From Desulfuromonadaceae bacterium (GTDB lineage: Bacteria; Desulfobacterota; Desulfuromonadia; Desulfuromonadales; JAAYDE01): a stretch of DNA of 64,000 nt. How positions within the stretch are numbered: the first letter of the stretch is position 1; each line of letters opens with the position of its first letter. The position numbers were made by a program, and so were the translations under genes. Below, in pieces: positions 9,337-18,936 of this stretch. A model generated the notes under the pieces. That model did not search any database. It saw nothing but the letters and a program-made list of their open reading frames with translations, and was not told the DNA's origin. The stretch spans positions 299 through 64,298 of the forward strand of contig JAAZDE010000119.1 in the NCBI GenBank assembly GCA_012512925.1, read 5' to 3'.

Positions 9337-10206
9337 ATGACCGAGGCCGTTTTCGATGGATTCACCCGGATCTTCGATCCCCTGAGCCAGTGGTGGGAAA
9401 AACCGCGAACGCAGCGTTTTATCGCCGCCATTCTGGTGGTTTTGTTTCTGGCCGCTCTGGGATTCATCGAATTGGGCCGCCAGGATCTGCTTCCCGCTTC
9501 ACTTTCAGGGAGGGTTTCGACCAGCCACTATCAGGCCATCAATATCGCCTTCACCTTTGTCATGGTCCTGGAAGTGGTCGGCCTGATATTCACCCTCCCC
9601 TGTTCGGTCTCGCGGGCCCTGGGGAAACAGTTCGAGATCCTGGCCCTCATCTTCATCCGCAATTCCTTCAAGGAGATCTCCGTCCTGCCGGAACCGATCG
9701 CCTTCACCGATCAGGTCGATGTTTTGTGGCGCATTCTCGCCGACGGCGGCGGCGCCCTGGCCATCTTCGCCCTGCTCGGTTTTTACGGCCGGCTGCTGCG
9801 CAAATCGGAGGACACCCTCCAGCCGGGAAGGGTTCGGGACCGTTTCGTGGCCGCCAAAAAAGGGGTTTCCCTGCTGCTTCTGGCCATTTTCATCGCCATG
9901 GGGCTTTACGGTGCTTGGTCGCTGGCGGCCGGCGACGGGAATTTCCACTTCTTCCCGAATTTCTACACGGTACTCATCTTCAGCGACATCCTGCTGGTTC
10001 TGATCGCCCAGTGTTACCTGCCGGAGTTCCGTGGGGTATTCCGCAATTCGGCCTATGCCCTGGCCACCCTGTTGATCCGCCTCTCCCTGGCGGCTCCGCC
10101 CTTCTACAATGTTCTCATCGGTGTCGCCTCCGCCCTCTTTGCCGTGGCCCTGACCTGGGCCTACAACAACTATTCCGCCTGGAACCGGCCTCTGGCCGAG
10201 AAGTGA
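9337..10206 (+). CDS. Hypothetical integral membrane protein
   Basis: ATG at 9337 is preceded by GAAGGA; the ORF is open from 9298. At least five hydrophobic helices are predicted by eye. I recognise no family. The overlapping ORF 9390..10268 in another frame is Arg/Pro/Gly-rich and was rejected. Confidence 0.55.
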   Translation: MTEAVFDGFTRIFDPLSQWWEKPRTQRFIAAILVVLFLAALGFIELGRQDLLPASLSGRVSTSHYQAINIAFTFVMVLEVVGLIFTLPCSVSRALGKQFEILALIFIRNSFKEISVLPEPIAFTDQVDVLWRILADGGGALAIFALLGFYGRLLRKSEDTLQPGRVRDRFVAAKKGVSLLLLAIFIAMGLYGAWSLAAGDGNFHFFPNFYTVLIFSDILLVLIAQCYLPEFRGVFRNSAYALATLLIRLSLAAPPFYNVLIGVASALFAVALTWAYNNYSAWNRPLAEK

Positions 10207-10224
10207 CCCGGTTACGGCTGCCTG

Positions 10225-11070
10225 TCACATCCCCCCGTAACTGTGCAGTCCCGGCAGCAGCAGATTGACCCCCAACCAGCAGAAGAGGGTGGCGGCAAAG
10301 CCCAGGAGCGACAGCCAGGCGAGCCGTTTGCCACTCCAGCCGCGGATCATGCGGGCATGGAGGAGGGCGGCGTAGATCAGCCACACGATCAGGCTCCAGG
10401 TCTCCTTGGGGTCCCAGCTCCAGTAGGAGCCCCAGGCGCGGTGCGCCCAGGCCGAGCCGGTGAGGATGCCGAGGGTGAGCAGAAGGAAGCCGACCATGAC
10501 CGCCTGGTAGTGGATCTCCTCGAGGAGTTCCGCTTCGGGAAAGAGGCTTTTTGCGGCCGGGCGGCCGGGCGTTTTTCCGGGCTGTCTGATCAGGTAGAGG
10601 ATGGCGGTGGCGCAACCCACGGCGAAGGCGGCGTAGCCGAGGAAACAGGTGACCACATGGAAGGTCAGCCAGTTGCTCTTCAGGGCGGGAACCAGGGGAT
10701 GGATGGCGGCGTCACCGGTCAACTGGGCGGCGAGCAGGGAAAGCAGCGCCAGCGGAGTGACGACGGCGCCGAGCAACGGCAGGCGGAAGCGGAAATCGAT
10801 GAACAGGTAGGCCAGGATCAGGGTCCAGGAGAAGAACAGCAGCGACTCGTAAAAATTGGTCAGCGGGATATGGCCTTCGGCCCCCAGCAGGAGGTACGAT
10901 TCCCGCCAGCGCAGGGCCAGCCCTGCGGTCAGACAGAAAAAACCCGCCGCCGCGGCGGTTCGTCCCCAGCGCCCGAGACGGCTGTTTCTGCCGGCGGTGA
11001 AGAGCAGGAAGAGGAGCAGGGCGGCAAAGAGAAAAAGGGTGGCGGCGTTGATGAAGAAGAAACTGGCCAT
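10225..11070 (-). CDS. ccsA: Cytochrome c biogenesis protein CcsA/ResC (system II heme handling)
   Basis: Tryptophan-rich WWD-type motif AWGSYWSWDPKETWSLIVWLIYAALLH in a polytopic membrane protein. It lies immediately downstream of resB. The ATG at 11070 is preferred over the TTG at 11091. Confidence 0.88.
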   Translation of the reverse strand: MASFFFINAATLFLFAALLLFLLFTAGRNSRLGRWGRTAAAAGFFCLTAGLALRWRESYLLLGAEGHIPLTNFYESLLFFSWTLILAYLFIDFRFRLPLLGAVVTPLALLSLLAAQLTGDAAIHPLVPALKSNWLTFHVVTCFLGYAAFAVGCATAILYLIRQPGKTPGRPAAKSLFPEAELLEEIHYQAVMVGFLLLTLGILTGSAWAHRAWGSYWSWDPKETWSLIVWLIYAALLHARMIRGWSGKRLAWLSLLGFAATLFCWLGVNLLLPGLHSYGGM

Positions 11071-11074
11071 TCGT

Positions 11075-12454
11075 TTACTCTCTTTTCCCAAGTTCTGTTT
11101 CCAGTTCCTGGGCCAGATGTCCGAAAAAGGCGGTCGCGGCGGCGGTATTTCGCCGCCATTCCCCGGTGACGGTGATGTTCAGCCGGTCCGCGTCGGGGGA
11201 GATCGTTACCCAGAGCCGCCGCGGGGAAAAGAGCAAGGTCATGGTCAGGCCCGCCGCCAGCAGGATGAAGCCGCTCCAGACCAGTCCCAGGCCGGGATCG
11301 TAACTGGCCATGAGGACGGTGTAGTAGGGTTGCTCGAAGCGGTTGAAGCGAATATGGTAATAGCCGCTCCGGTGGGCGTCGTCGAGGTCGGGCCGGTTCT
11401 GAAAAACCGGCAGGGAATAGCTTTCCCCGCCGGGGGCAACCACTTCCACCAGGGCTGTCGGACCCAGGTCGCGATAGGAGGCGGCGAAACGCAACAGGCG
11501 CAGTTTCCCACCCGGCGGCAACGGGGCCGTTTCCCCCGGCGAAAGGATTACCTCGAAGGGGGCAGCGGGTAACGGAGGCTGAACCCTCAGGGACACCCGC
11601 GGCGGCGCCGCGGGGCCGTAATCCGACTGGTAGAAGTTGATGCCGGCGAAGGAGAGGGGGGCGTTGACGGTGATCGGCCTTCGTTCCAGAACGGGTTCCC
11701 CCTTTTCCAGGATGGAAACCATGCTTTTGAATTCCTTGGGCCTCCGCCCGTCATCATGGAAAGTTACGGAAAAAGCGTCGCAGCGCAGGCCGAAAGCGAG
11801 CGGAATCGGTTGGTCGCCGCGGCGGGATACGAGTTCATGAACGGTTTCCCCCTCGGCAATGACGGCGTAGCCCTGAAAGCCCCAGAGGACGCCGATCACC
11901 CCCCCGGCCAGCACCAGCAGAATGGCGCCATGGATAGCGAAGACCGCGAGCCGTGTCCAGGCTCCGCGCTGGGCGGCCAGCGAGAGGGTTTCGCCGTGCC
12001 CGGAACGGCGGGCCGAGGCGAAGCGCTTCTTCAGGAAGGCGCCAACGGCGGCGCTGGCCACTTCGGGTGGTTCCCCCGGGATGGAAAAAGTTTGGACGAA
12101 CTGTTTTCCGGGTTGGCCGGGAGGGGCCGAAGAGGGCATCCTCCGGAGGGAATTCCACACGGACGGCAGGCGTTGCCAGGAGCAGAGGGTCAGATTGAGG
12201 GCCAGCAGGCCGAGGAGGGCGATGAACCACCAGGAGCGGTAGACGTCGAAAAGCTGCAGGGTTTTCAGAATCGCCGTCAGGGAGGGGCTGTAAAGGCGCT
12301 CATAGTCGGCGGCGCTCAGATTCTGAGGGATGACCGTCCCCGCCACAGCCCCCAGGGCCAAGCCGAACAGCAGCGGCAGGGTCAACCGCAGAGAGGCGAA
12401 ATAGCGCAACAGGGGTTCGGTCATGGCAGGCCCATGGGGGGAACGATTTGGCAT
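11075..12454 (-). CDS. resB: Cytochrome c biogenesis protein ResB/Ccs1 (system II)
   Basis: The N-terminus LLRYFASLRLTLPLLFGLALGAVAGTVIPQ is typical of ResB. A large periplasmic loop is followed by a C-terminal TM helix, and ccsA is adjacent. The start is ambiguous (ATG at 12454 or 12424). Confidence 0.85.
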   Translation of the reverse strand: MPNRSPHGPAMTEPLLRYFASLRLTLPLLFGLALGAVAGTVIPQNLSAADYERLYSPSLTAILKTLQLFDVYRSWWFIALLGLLALNLTLCSWQRLPSVWNSLRRMPSSAPPGQPGKQFVQTFSIPGEPPEVASAAVGAFLKKRFASARRSGHGETLSLAAQRGAWTRLAVFAIHGAILLVLAGGVIGVLWGFQGYAVIAEGETVHELVSRRGDQPIPLAFGLRCDAFSVTFHDDGRRPKEFKSMVSILEKGEPVLERRPITVNAPLSFAGINFYQSDYGPAAPPRVSLRVQPPLPAAPFEVILSPGETAPLPPGGKLRLLRFAASYRDLGPTALVEVVAPGGESYSLPVFQNRPDLDDAHRSGYYHIRFNRFEQPYYTVLMASYDPGLGLVWSGFILLAAGLTMTLLFSPRRLWVTISPDADRLNITVTGEWRRNTAAATAFFGHLAQELETELGKRE

Positions 12455-12479
12455 CCGGTTTTTTCGATTTCGACCAAAA

Positions 12480-12998
12480 TCAGCCGAGATCGTGACGGAG
12501 ACGCTCCTCGACCGCTATGGCTTTATTTTCGATCTCCCGGCTCAGGTCCGCCTTGAAGCGGCGGACCCTGTCGGCCAGGGAGGGATCGCCGAGGGCCAGG
12601 ATCTGGGCCGCTAAAATCCCCGCGTTGCGGGCGCCGGCCTTGCCGATGGCCATGGTGGCGACGGGAATGCCGGCGGGCATCTGCACGGTCGAAAGAAGGG
12701 CGTCGAGCCCCTTGAGGGCCGAGGAGTCGATGGGAACGGCCACCACCGGCAGGATGGTTTCGGCGGCGACCACGCCGGCCAGGTGGGCGGCGGCGCCGGC
12801 GCCCACGATGAGCAACCGGAGGCCGCGGGAAGCCGCTTCGCGGGCGTAGCGGGAGGTTCGTTCCGGGGAGCGGTGGGCGCTGGAAACGGTCATTTCCATA
12901 GGGATGCCGAATTCCTTGAGGGTGCGGGCGGCCTCCACCATGATTTCGTAATCGTTGGCGCTGCCCATCAGAATGCCGACCTGCGGAGATTTGTCCAT
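12480..12998 (-). CDS. purE: N5-carboxyaminoimidazole ribonucleotide mutase
   Basis: VGILMGSANDYEIMVEAARTLKEFGIPMEMTVSSAHRSPERT ... VGAGAAAHLAGVVAA. The ATG at 12998 is preceded by GAAGGAG; the track start at 13007 is a TTG. Confidence 0.92.
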   Translation of the reverse strand: MDKSPQVGILMGSANDYEIMVEAARTLKEFGIPMEMTVSSAHRSPERTSRYAREAASRGLRLLIVGAGAAAHLAGVVAAETILPVVAVPIDSSALKGLDALLSTVQMPAGIPVATMAIGKAGARNAGILAAQILALGDPSLADRVRRFKADLSREIENKAIAVEERLRHDLG

Positions 12999-13003
12999 GG
13001 GTT

Positions 13004-14281
13004 TCAACTCCTTCTGCTCAAGGCCTTGCGGCCGATGTCGTGGCGATAGTGAACCCCATCCCAGCTGATTTTGGCGACTCCGGCGTAGGCCCGTTGGATG
13101 GCGGCGGCCACGTCCCGTCCGAGGCCGGTCACTCCCAGCACCCGTCCGCCGTTGTTGACGATGCGCCCGTCCTTGAGGGCGGTGCCGGCATGGAAGACGA
13201 AAAGATCGTCCATCCCGGCCGCTTCCTCCAGCCCGTGGATCTCAAATCCCTCCCGGTAGGAGTCCGGATAACCGCCCGAAGCCATGACCACGCAGACCGC
13301 CGTTTGGTCGTGCCATTCCAGCCGTTCCTTTTCCAGGTGGCCTTTGGCGCAGGCCAGCAGCACCGGCACCAGATCCGATTTCATCCGCATCAGCAGCGGC
13401 TGGGTTTCGGGATCGCCGAAGCGGACATTGTATTCCAGGACTCTGATGCGCTCGCCGCTGATCATCAGGCCGATGAACAGAATGCCGCGGTAGGGGCGCC
13501 CCTCTGCGGCCATGCCGGCGATGGTGGGGCGGACCACTTCGGCGACGATCCGGTCATAAAGGGCCGGAGTGACCACCGGCGCCGGGGAATAGGCTCCCAT
13601 GCCGCCCGTGTTGGGGCCTGAGTCGTTGTCGAAGGCCGCCTTGTGGTCCTGACAGGCGGCCAGCGGCAGGATGTTGCGGCCATCGGTAAAGGCGAAAAAG
13701 GAGGCCTCTTCGCCGGCGAGGAACTCCTCGACGACCACTTTTCGGCCGGCTTCGCCGAAGGTGCCATCGACCAGGATTTCCTTGAGGGCCAGCAGCGCTT
13801 CCTCGACCGTTTGCGTCACGTAGACCCCCTTGCCCGCCGCCAGGCCGTCCGCCTTGATGACGATGGGGGCGCCCCGGGAGCGCACGTACGCGGCCGCCTC
13901 GGAATAGTCGCCGAAGGAGGCGAAGGCGGCGGTGGGAATGTGGTATTTGGCCATCAGTTCTTTGGAAAAGGCCTTGCTCCCCTCCAACTGGGCCGCTTTT
14001 TGGTCGGGGCCGAAGATGGTCAGCCCGGCGGCGCGGAAGCGGTCCACGATACCCAGGGTCAGGGGTAGTTCCGGTCCGACCACAGTCAGATCTATGCTTT
14101 GCTCACCGGCGAAGGCAAGCAGATCGTCGATCCGGTCGACCGCCAGCGGGACGCATTCGGCCAGGGCGGCGATGCCCGGATTGCCGGGAGCGCAATAGAT
14201 CTTTTTTACCAGAGGGGATTGGGCGATTTTCCAGGCCAGGGCGTGTTCCCGTCCGCCGCTGCCGATGATCAGTACTTTCAT
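13004..14281 (-). CDS. purD: Phosphoribosylamine--glycine ligase
   Basis: MKVLIIGSGGREHALAWKIAQSP, ATP-grasp motifs, full length 425 aa. Confidence 0.95.
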   Translation of the reverse strand: MKVLIIGSGGREHALAWKIAQSPLVKKIYCAPGNPGIAALAECVPLAVDRIDDLLAFAGEQSIDLTVVGPELPLTLGIVDRFRAAGLTIFGPDQKAAQLEGSKAFSKELMAKYHIPTAAFASFGDYSEAAAYVRSRGAPIVIKADGLAAGKGVYVTQTVEEALLALKEILVDGTFGEAGRKVVVEEFLAGEEASFFAFTDGRNILPLAACQDHKAAFDNDSGPNTGGMGAYSPAPVVTPALYDRIVAEVVRPTIAGMAAEGRPYRGILFIGLMISGERIRVLEYNVRFGDPETQPLLMRMKSDLVPVLLACAKGHLEKERLEWHDQTAVCVVMASGGYPDSYREGFEIHGLEEAAGMDDLFVFHAGTALKDGRIVNNGGRVLGVTGLGRDVAAAIQRAYAGVAKISWDGVHYRHDIGRKALSRRS

Positions 14282-14421
14282 GATGGGGATGACTCCTTGA
14301 CCGGGGCTCGATAAAAAATCGCCAGTGACCTCCTGCCGTGCCGCCGACCGGCTGTAAAGAGGGTGGCCAATCTCCGTGAAAAGGGATAGATTGAAGGTCC
14401 AACGGAGAACCTGTAAGTGAG

Positions 14422-15531
14422 ATGAAGACCGATTATCAACTTTTTGCCGTCACCACTCCCGGACTGGAGGAGGTCTGCGCCGCCGAACTGCGCGCCCTGG
14501 GTTGCGCGGAAGTTCGGCCGGAACCGGGCGGGGTTGGCTTTCGCGGGCAGTTCCGGGAACTGTATCTGGCCAATCTGACTTTGCGCACCGCCAGCCGCGT
14601 CCTGGTCCGAATCGGGCGGGTGCGCTGCCGGGATTTTCCTGCCCTGTTCCAAAAGACGTTGCGCTTGCCGTGGGGGCGCTTCATCCGCCCCGGCGCCCCG
14701 CTGCTGGTCCGGGCTTCCAGTCACGCCTCGCGGCTGGTTCATACGGGGCGCATCGCCGAGACCGTTACCGCCGCGGTCGGCCACTGCCTCGGAAGCCCGC
14801 CGCTCGACCCCGTGCTGGCGGAGCAGTTGGTCGTGGCCCGTTTCGAGGACGATGAATGCCTCCTTTCGGTGGACAGCTCCGGGGAGCTGCTGCACCGCCG
14901 TGGTTACCGCACCGAAAATCTGCAGGCGCCGCTGCGGGAAACCCTGGCAGCCGGTATCTTAATGGTTTTGGGCTGGAACGGCAAGAGTTCCCTGCTCGAT
15001 CCCATGTGCGGCTCGGGCACCATCCCTATCGAGGCGGCCCTGCTGGCGGCCAACCGGGCCCCGGGAAAAGATCGCCGCTTTGCCTTCATGAATTGGCCGC
15101 ATTATCGTCCCGGCCTGTGGCAAGCCCTGGTGAAGGAGCTGACCGGGCGGGAAACACCGGTTTCCATGGTTATTCATGGCTCCGACATCGATTCCGCGGC
15201 TCTGGACATGGCCACCGCCAACGCCCGGCGGGCGGGAGTGAGTGAATTTATCCGTTTCGACCGGAAACCGATGGAGGTTCTTTCCCCGCCCGTTTCCCCA
15301 GGGCTGCTGCTCTGCAACCCTCCCTATGGGAAGAGGCTCGCCAAAGAGGAAAACCTGGGGCCTCTTTATCGGCGCTTGGGGGATCTTCTTCGAGGACCCT
15401 GCGCTGCTTGGCAGGGAGCATTTCTCTGCCCGGAGCCGGGTTTGGCCCGGGCCACCGGTCTGCCCCTGAAGGAGATGGCGATTCTGGCCCATGGCGGTCT
15501 CAAGGTTGGTCTCTATCTGCGTTCGAGGTGA
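14422..15531 (+). CDS. THUMP-domain class I SAM-dependent RNA methyltransferase (RlmL/COG0116-like)
   Basis: An N-terminal THUMP-like region is followed by a methyltransferase core with DPMCGSGTIPIEAA and the catalytic LLCNPPYGKRL (NPPY) motif. Confidence 0.8.
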   Translation: MKTDYQLFAVTTPGLEEVCAAELRALGCAEVRPEPGGVGFRGQFRELYLANLTLRTASRVLVRIGRVRCRDFPALFQKTLRLPWGRFIRPGAPLLVRASSHASRLVHTGRIAETVTAAVGHCLGSPPLDPVLAEQLVVARFEDDECLLSVDSSGELLHRRGYRTENLQAPLRETLAAGILMVLGWNGKSSLLDPMCGSGTIPIEAALLAANRAPGKDRRFAFMNWPHYRPGLWQALVKELTGRETPVSMVIHGSDIDSAALDMATANARRAGVSEFIRFDRKPMEVLSPPVSPGLLLCNPPYGKRLAKEENLGPLYRRLGDLLRGPCAAWQGAFLCPEPGLARATGLPLKEMAILAHGGLKVGLYLRSR

Positions 15532-15561
15532 AAAAACATCGGCTGAATTCCGACAATTTTC

Positions 15562-15590
15562 TTGATCTTTCAGCTCGATTAAATTATAAA
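15562..15590 (+). promoter_or_regulatory. Candidate sigma-70 promoter for rpsU
   Basis: TTGATC (15562-15567), 17-nt spacer, TATAAA (15585-15590). Confidence 0.4.
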
Positions 15591-15658
15591 GAAACATTTT
15601 CATGCCGTGGCTGGCGCGAAATAGAAAAGAAATCGGCCGGGGAATGGGGTGAGTTTAG

Positions 15659-15853
15659 TTGGAAATCCATGTTGTCGATAACAACGTCGAGAAGGCGATT
15701 CGCGTTCTGAAGCGCAAACTTCAGCAGGAAGGGCTTTTCCGTGAGATGAAGCAGCGTAAATATTACGAAAAGCCGAGCGTAAAGAAGAAACGCAAGGAGA
15801 AAGAAGCGCAGAGAAGGTTGCGCAAGAAACTGCGTATCATGAAACCGGAGTGA
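15659..15853 (+). CDS. rpsU: 30S ribosomal protein S21
   Basis: EIHVVDNNVEKAIRVLKRKLQQEGLFREMKQRKYYEKPSVKKKRKEKEAQRRLRKK is a classic S21 sequence. The start codon at 15659 is TTG. Confidence 0.93.
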   Translation: MEIHVVDNNVEKAIRVLKRKLQQEGLFREMKQRKYYEKPSVKKKRKEKEAQRRLRKKLRIMKPE

Positions 15854-15883
15854 CCGGATTTCTGTCGATCCATCGAGTTTCCG

Positions 15884-15921
15884 CAAGGGACGGGCTTGTC
15901 GCCCGTCCCTTGTTTTTTTTT
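15884..15921 (+). terminator. Rho-independent terminator of rpsU
   Basis: Perfect 12-bp stem CAAGGGACGGGC / GCCCGTCCCTTG with loop TTGTC, followed by T9 (15913-15921). Confidence 0.85.
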
Positions 15922-16019
15922 CAACCATCCCGGGAAACCCCGTTTTTTCTCCTTTCTTATTTTCTATCTTTTTTCCCCTTCCTCATCGCAAGCCGTTTTC
16001 GGAAAATCGTTCTGTGTCG

Positions 16020-16048
16020 TTACAAATTCTGACTTTCTGAGTTATAAT
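16020..16048 (+). promoter_or_regulatory. Candidate sigma-70 promoter for msrAB
   Basis: TTACAA (16020-16025), 17-nt spacer, consensus TATAAT (16043-16048). Confidence 0.45.
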
Positions 16049-16166
16049 TTGGCCATTGACCTTATCATGCCGCTGCAAAATTGCTTCTCTGGCCCTGATG
16101 CGGCGTTGTCCAAAGAACCAGAGGAGCAGTTTTGCAGCAGCCAGTAGATCGAAAAGGGGATCGGCC

Positions 16167-17210
16167 ATGAAGACTATCATTCCGTTCATTTCGGTGATCT
16201 GGGCCGGGGGGGTGCTGTTCGCCGCGCCGTCGGCAACGGATGGTGCCGAGCAGCAAAGCAGGGCGATTTTTGCCGGCGGCTGCTTCTGGTGTCTGGAAAA
16301 GCCTTTCGAAGAGTCGCCGGGGGTGATCTCGGTCACTTCGGGCTATACCGGGGGGGACTCGGTTCGTCCCAACTACCGGAATTACGCCGAGGGGGGACAT
16401 CTCGAAGCGGTGGAGATCCTTTTCGATCCGGCGCGGATTTCCTACCGGGAACTTCTCGAACTATTTTGGCGACAGATCGATCCGACCGATGCCGGAGGGC
16501 AGTTTGTGGACCGAGGTCCCCAGTACGCCAGCGCGATCTTTTACCTCGACGAGGAGCAGAAACGTCTGGCCGAAGTTTCCCGGGCCAGGCTGGAGGAGCG
16601 GGGCATATACGACAAGCCGATAGTGACGCCGATCCTGGCGGCGACGACCTTTTATCCCGCCGAGGAGTACCATCAGGATTACTACCGGAAAAATCCGCTG
16701 CGCTATAAATATTACCGCAACGGCTCCGGCCGGGACCGCTATCTGGACCAGGTCTGGGGAAAGGAGCGCAAGCCCTGGAGCATCCGGGAACTGAAAAAAA
16801 AGCTCACCCCCCTCCAATATCAGGTGACTCAGGAGGAAGGGACCGAGCCCCCCTTTCGCAACGCATACTGGGACAATAAAGAGGCCGGTATCTATGTCGA
16901 CATCGTCTCCGGAGAGCCCCTTTTCAGTTCCCTGGACAAATACGATTCCGGCACCGGGTGGCCGAGTTTCACCAGGCCGCTGGAACCCGGCAACCTGGTA
17001 TTTCATGAAGACCGGAGATTGCTGTCGGTGCGCACCGAGGTGCGCAGCCGGCGGGGGGATTCCCATCTGGGGCATGTTTTTGATGATGGGCCGCCGCCCG
17101 AAGGGAAACGCTATTGCCTCAATTCGGCGGCTTTGCGTTTCGTCCCGGTGGCTGACCTGGTCTCCCAAGGCTATGAAAAATATCTGAAATTATTTGACAA
17201 AGAGCGCTAA
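16167..17210 (+). CDS. msrAB: Bifunctional peptide-methionine (S)- and (R)-S-oxide reductase MsrA/MsrB, secreted form
   Basis: ATG at 16167 after AAAGGGGA. Signal peptide [23 protein letters not shown]. MsrA active site [12 protein letters not shown]. MsrB part with [20 protein letters not shown] and [11 protein letters not shown]. Confidence 0.92.
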   Translation: MKTIIPFISVIWAGGVLFAAPSATDGAEQQSRAIFAGGCFWCLEKPFEESPGVISVTSGYTGGDSVRPNYRNYAEGGHLEAVEILFDPARISYRELLELFWRQIDPTDAGGQFVDRGPQYASAIFYLDEEQKRLAEVSRARLEERGIYDKPIVTPILAATTFYPAEEYHQDYYRKNPLRYKYYRNGSGRDRYLDQVWGKERKPWSIRELKKKLTPLQYQVTQEEGTEPPFRNAYWDNKEAGIYVDIVSGEPLFSSLDKYDSGTGWPSFTRPLEPGNLVFHEDRRLLSVRTEVRSRRGDSHLGHVFDDGPPPEGKRYCLNSAALRFVPVADLVSQGYEKYLKLFDKER

Positions 17211-17238
17211 GGAAAAGATCCTGCGGGAAATGCGCCGG

Positions 17239-17267
17239 TTGACAATCTGTAACTGAAACGGTAATAT
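17239..17267 (+). promoter_or_regulatory. Near-consensus sigma-70 promoter with overlapping inverted repeat
   Basis: TTGACA (17239-17244), 17-nt spacer, TAATAT (17262-17267). The inverted repeat CTGAAA-N8-TTTCAG (17253-17272) spans the -10 element and is followed by a third CTGAAA (17273-17278). Confidence 0.5.
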
Positions 17268-17401
17268 TTCAGCTGAAATCTGGAAAATATTTCGAGTGCT
17301 TTTTCCCCACGACCGGTGTCCCTGATTTTCGTCAGCTGAACAGGTTGCGAAAATTATTATCATGCCCTCCTGCCGGTCGTTTGCGAAAAGGAGGCAGAAA
17401 C

Positions 17402-17761
17402 ATGGCTCTGGAGTGTGAATACACCATAAATCCGGAGGTTCCCCACCCCAACCCCTTCACCATCGCCAAGATCCGTTCCTTTTTTCGCAAAAAAGGGGGG
17501 GAACCCGGCTCCCGCATCACCATTTTCACCGGCCCCAACTGGTACACCGTACATTGGCGGGGCAGACCCCTGGCCCGGCTCCGCTATTATCCCTACGAAA
17601 ACCAGTGGACGGTGGAGTCCTTCCGGGAAAAGTCGATGATGATCCCTTACACGGAAATGGGCAACTACCGCTACAAGCTGGTCAGCTGCTGGTGTCAGGA
17701 AGGGAAGGAGCTCAACAACCTTGACGAGGCCCTGAAGATTTCCCTTCACTTCTGCGACTGA
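17402..17761 (+). CDS. Hypothetical small cytoplasmic protein (119 aa), aromatic/Cys-containing, no family recognised
   Basis: ATG at 17402 is preceded by AAAGGAGG. The sequence composition is not low-complexity (MALECEYTINPEVPHPNPFTIAKIRSFF...WYTVHWRGRPLARLRYYPYENQWTVESF...). The 3' end overlaps the convergent AI-2E gene by 16 bp. Confidence 0.55.
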   Translation: MALECEYTINPEVPHPNPFTIAKIRSFFRKKGGEPGSRITIFTGPNWYTVHWRGRPLARLRYYPYENQWTVESFREKSMMIPYTEMGNYRYKLVSCWCQEGKELNNLDEALKISLHFCD

Positions 17762-18936
17762 TCGGCGGAAAGCGGCTGGCCCGGCGGAGGCGGTGGCGAG
17801 GGCGGCTCATTGTCATTGGAGGGCCGGATCGGGTCCGGCGGATCGGCCGAGGCAAAATCTTCGTCAACCCAGGTGAAAAGCAGGGTGTAGGAGACGGCCA
17901 GAATTACCGGACCGATGAAAAGCCCCTTGACGCCGAAGGCCAGGAGACCCCCGATCACCCCGGCGAAGATCAGCATCAGCGGCAGGTTGGCCCCCCGCCT
18001 GATCAAAATAGGGCGCAGCAGATTGTCCAGGCTGCTGAGGAAAATGGTCCAGACCAGCAGCGCCGTTCCCCAGATTTCATCCCCGGTGTAAAAGAGCCAG
18101 ACGGTTGCCGCGATCAGCACCGGCGCCGATCCGATCTGAGCCACCGCGCACATGAATATCAGGGCGGTCAGCAGGGTTGCGTAAGGCATACCGACGATGA
18201 CCAGCCCGATTCCGGCCAGAATCGACTGCACCAGCGCCGTCACCACAACGCCGAGGGCCACCGCCCGGATCGCATGGGCGGCCAGCAAGACCGAGTTCTC
18301 GCCTGTCTTTCCGGCCACCCTGCGGGCGAAGCGGACCACCCCGCCGCCGGCTTTTTCCCCCCCCGCATAGAGCATGGCCGCCAGGGCCAGGGTCAGCATG
18401 ATGTGAACGAACATCATGCCGATGCTCCCCGCCTGTCCGGCAAACCAGGTGAGCACCCTGCCGAGGTGGGGGGAGAGCCTGCCGCCGAACTCCTCTGCCG
18501 GCATGGCCGCCAGCTGAGCCCATATTTTCGACAGGTAGGAACCCAGCATGGGCAGGTTCTCCAGCCAGGCCGGCGGCGGAGGCAGAGAGAAATGGACCAT
18601 GGCCTTTGCCCAGCCCACGATCTGGTCGGCGTTTTCGAGAATGGTGCCGATAGCCAGGGCAAAGGGGATGATGAACACCACCATCATGGCCAGGGTCATC
18701 ACCAGAACGGCCAGGGAGCGCTTTCCACGCAGCCGTTCCTGCACCTTGAGCATCAGCGGCCAGGTCGCCACCACGATCATGGTGGCCCAGATCAGGGCCG
18801 GCAGAAAGGGCCGGAGAATCCACAGGGAGGTGATAATCAGGAGGCAGATGAAGAGGATGGCGAGAGTGGTTCGGGCCAGGTCGATGGATGGGGGTTTGTT
18901 GTTCATGGGAGGTCCGGAACAGAATTGTTGAATCAT
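17746..18936 (-). CDS. AI-2E family transporter (PerM/YdiK-like)
   Basis: Eight-TM-type profile with LIWATMIVVATWPLMLKVQERLRGKRSLAVLVMT and LDNLLRPILIRRGANLPLMLIFAGVIGGLLAFGVKGLFIGPV. The C-terminal tail is proline-rich. Confidence 0.8.
   Translation of the reverse strand: MIQQFCSGPPMNNKPPSIDLARTTLAILFICLLIITSLWILRPFLPALIWATMIVVATWPLMLKVQERLRGKRSLAVLVMTLAMMVVFIIPFALAIGTILENADQIVGWAKAMVHFSLPPPPAWLENLPMLGSYLSKIWAQLAAMPAEEFGGRLSPHLGRVLTWFAGQAGSIGMMFVHIMLTLALAAMLYAGGEKAGGGVVRFARRVAGKTGENSVLLAAHAIRAVALGVVVTALVQSILAGIGLVIVGMPYATLLTALIFMCAVAQIGSAPVLIAATVWLFYTGDEIWGTALLVWTIFLSSLDNLLRPILIRRGANLPLMLIFAGVIGGLLAFGVKGLFIGPVILAVSYTLLFTWVDEDFASADPPDPIRPSNDNEPPSPPPPPGQPLSADQSQK

Noticed and set aside
9390-10268. 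292-aa ORF overlapping the 9337..10206 membrane protein in another frame.
   Set aside because: Its composition is Arg/Pro/Gly/His-rich, whereas the overlapping frame encodes a coherent multi-helix membrane protein.
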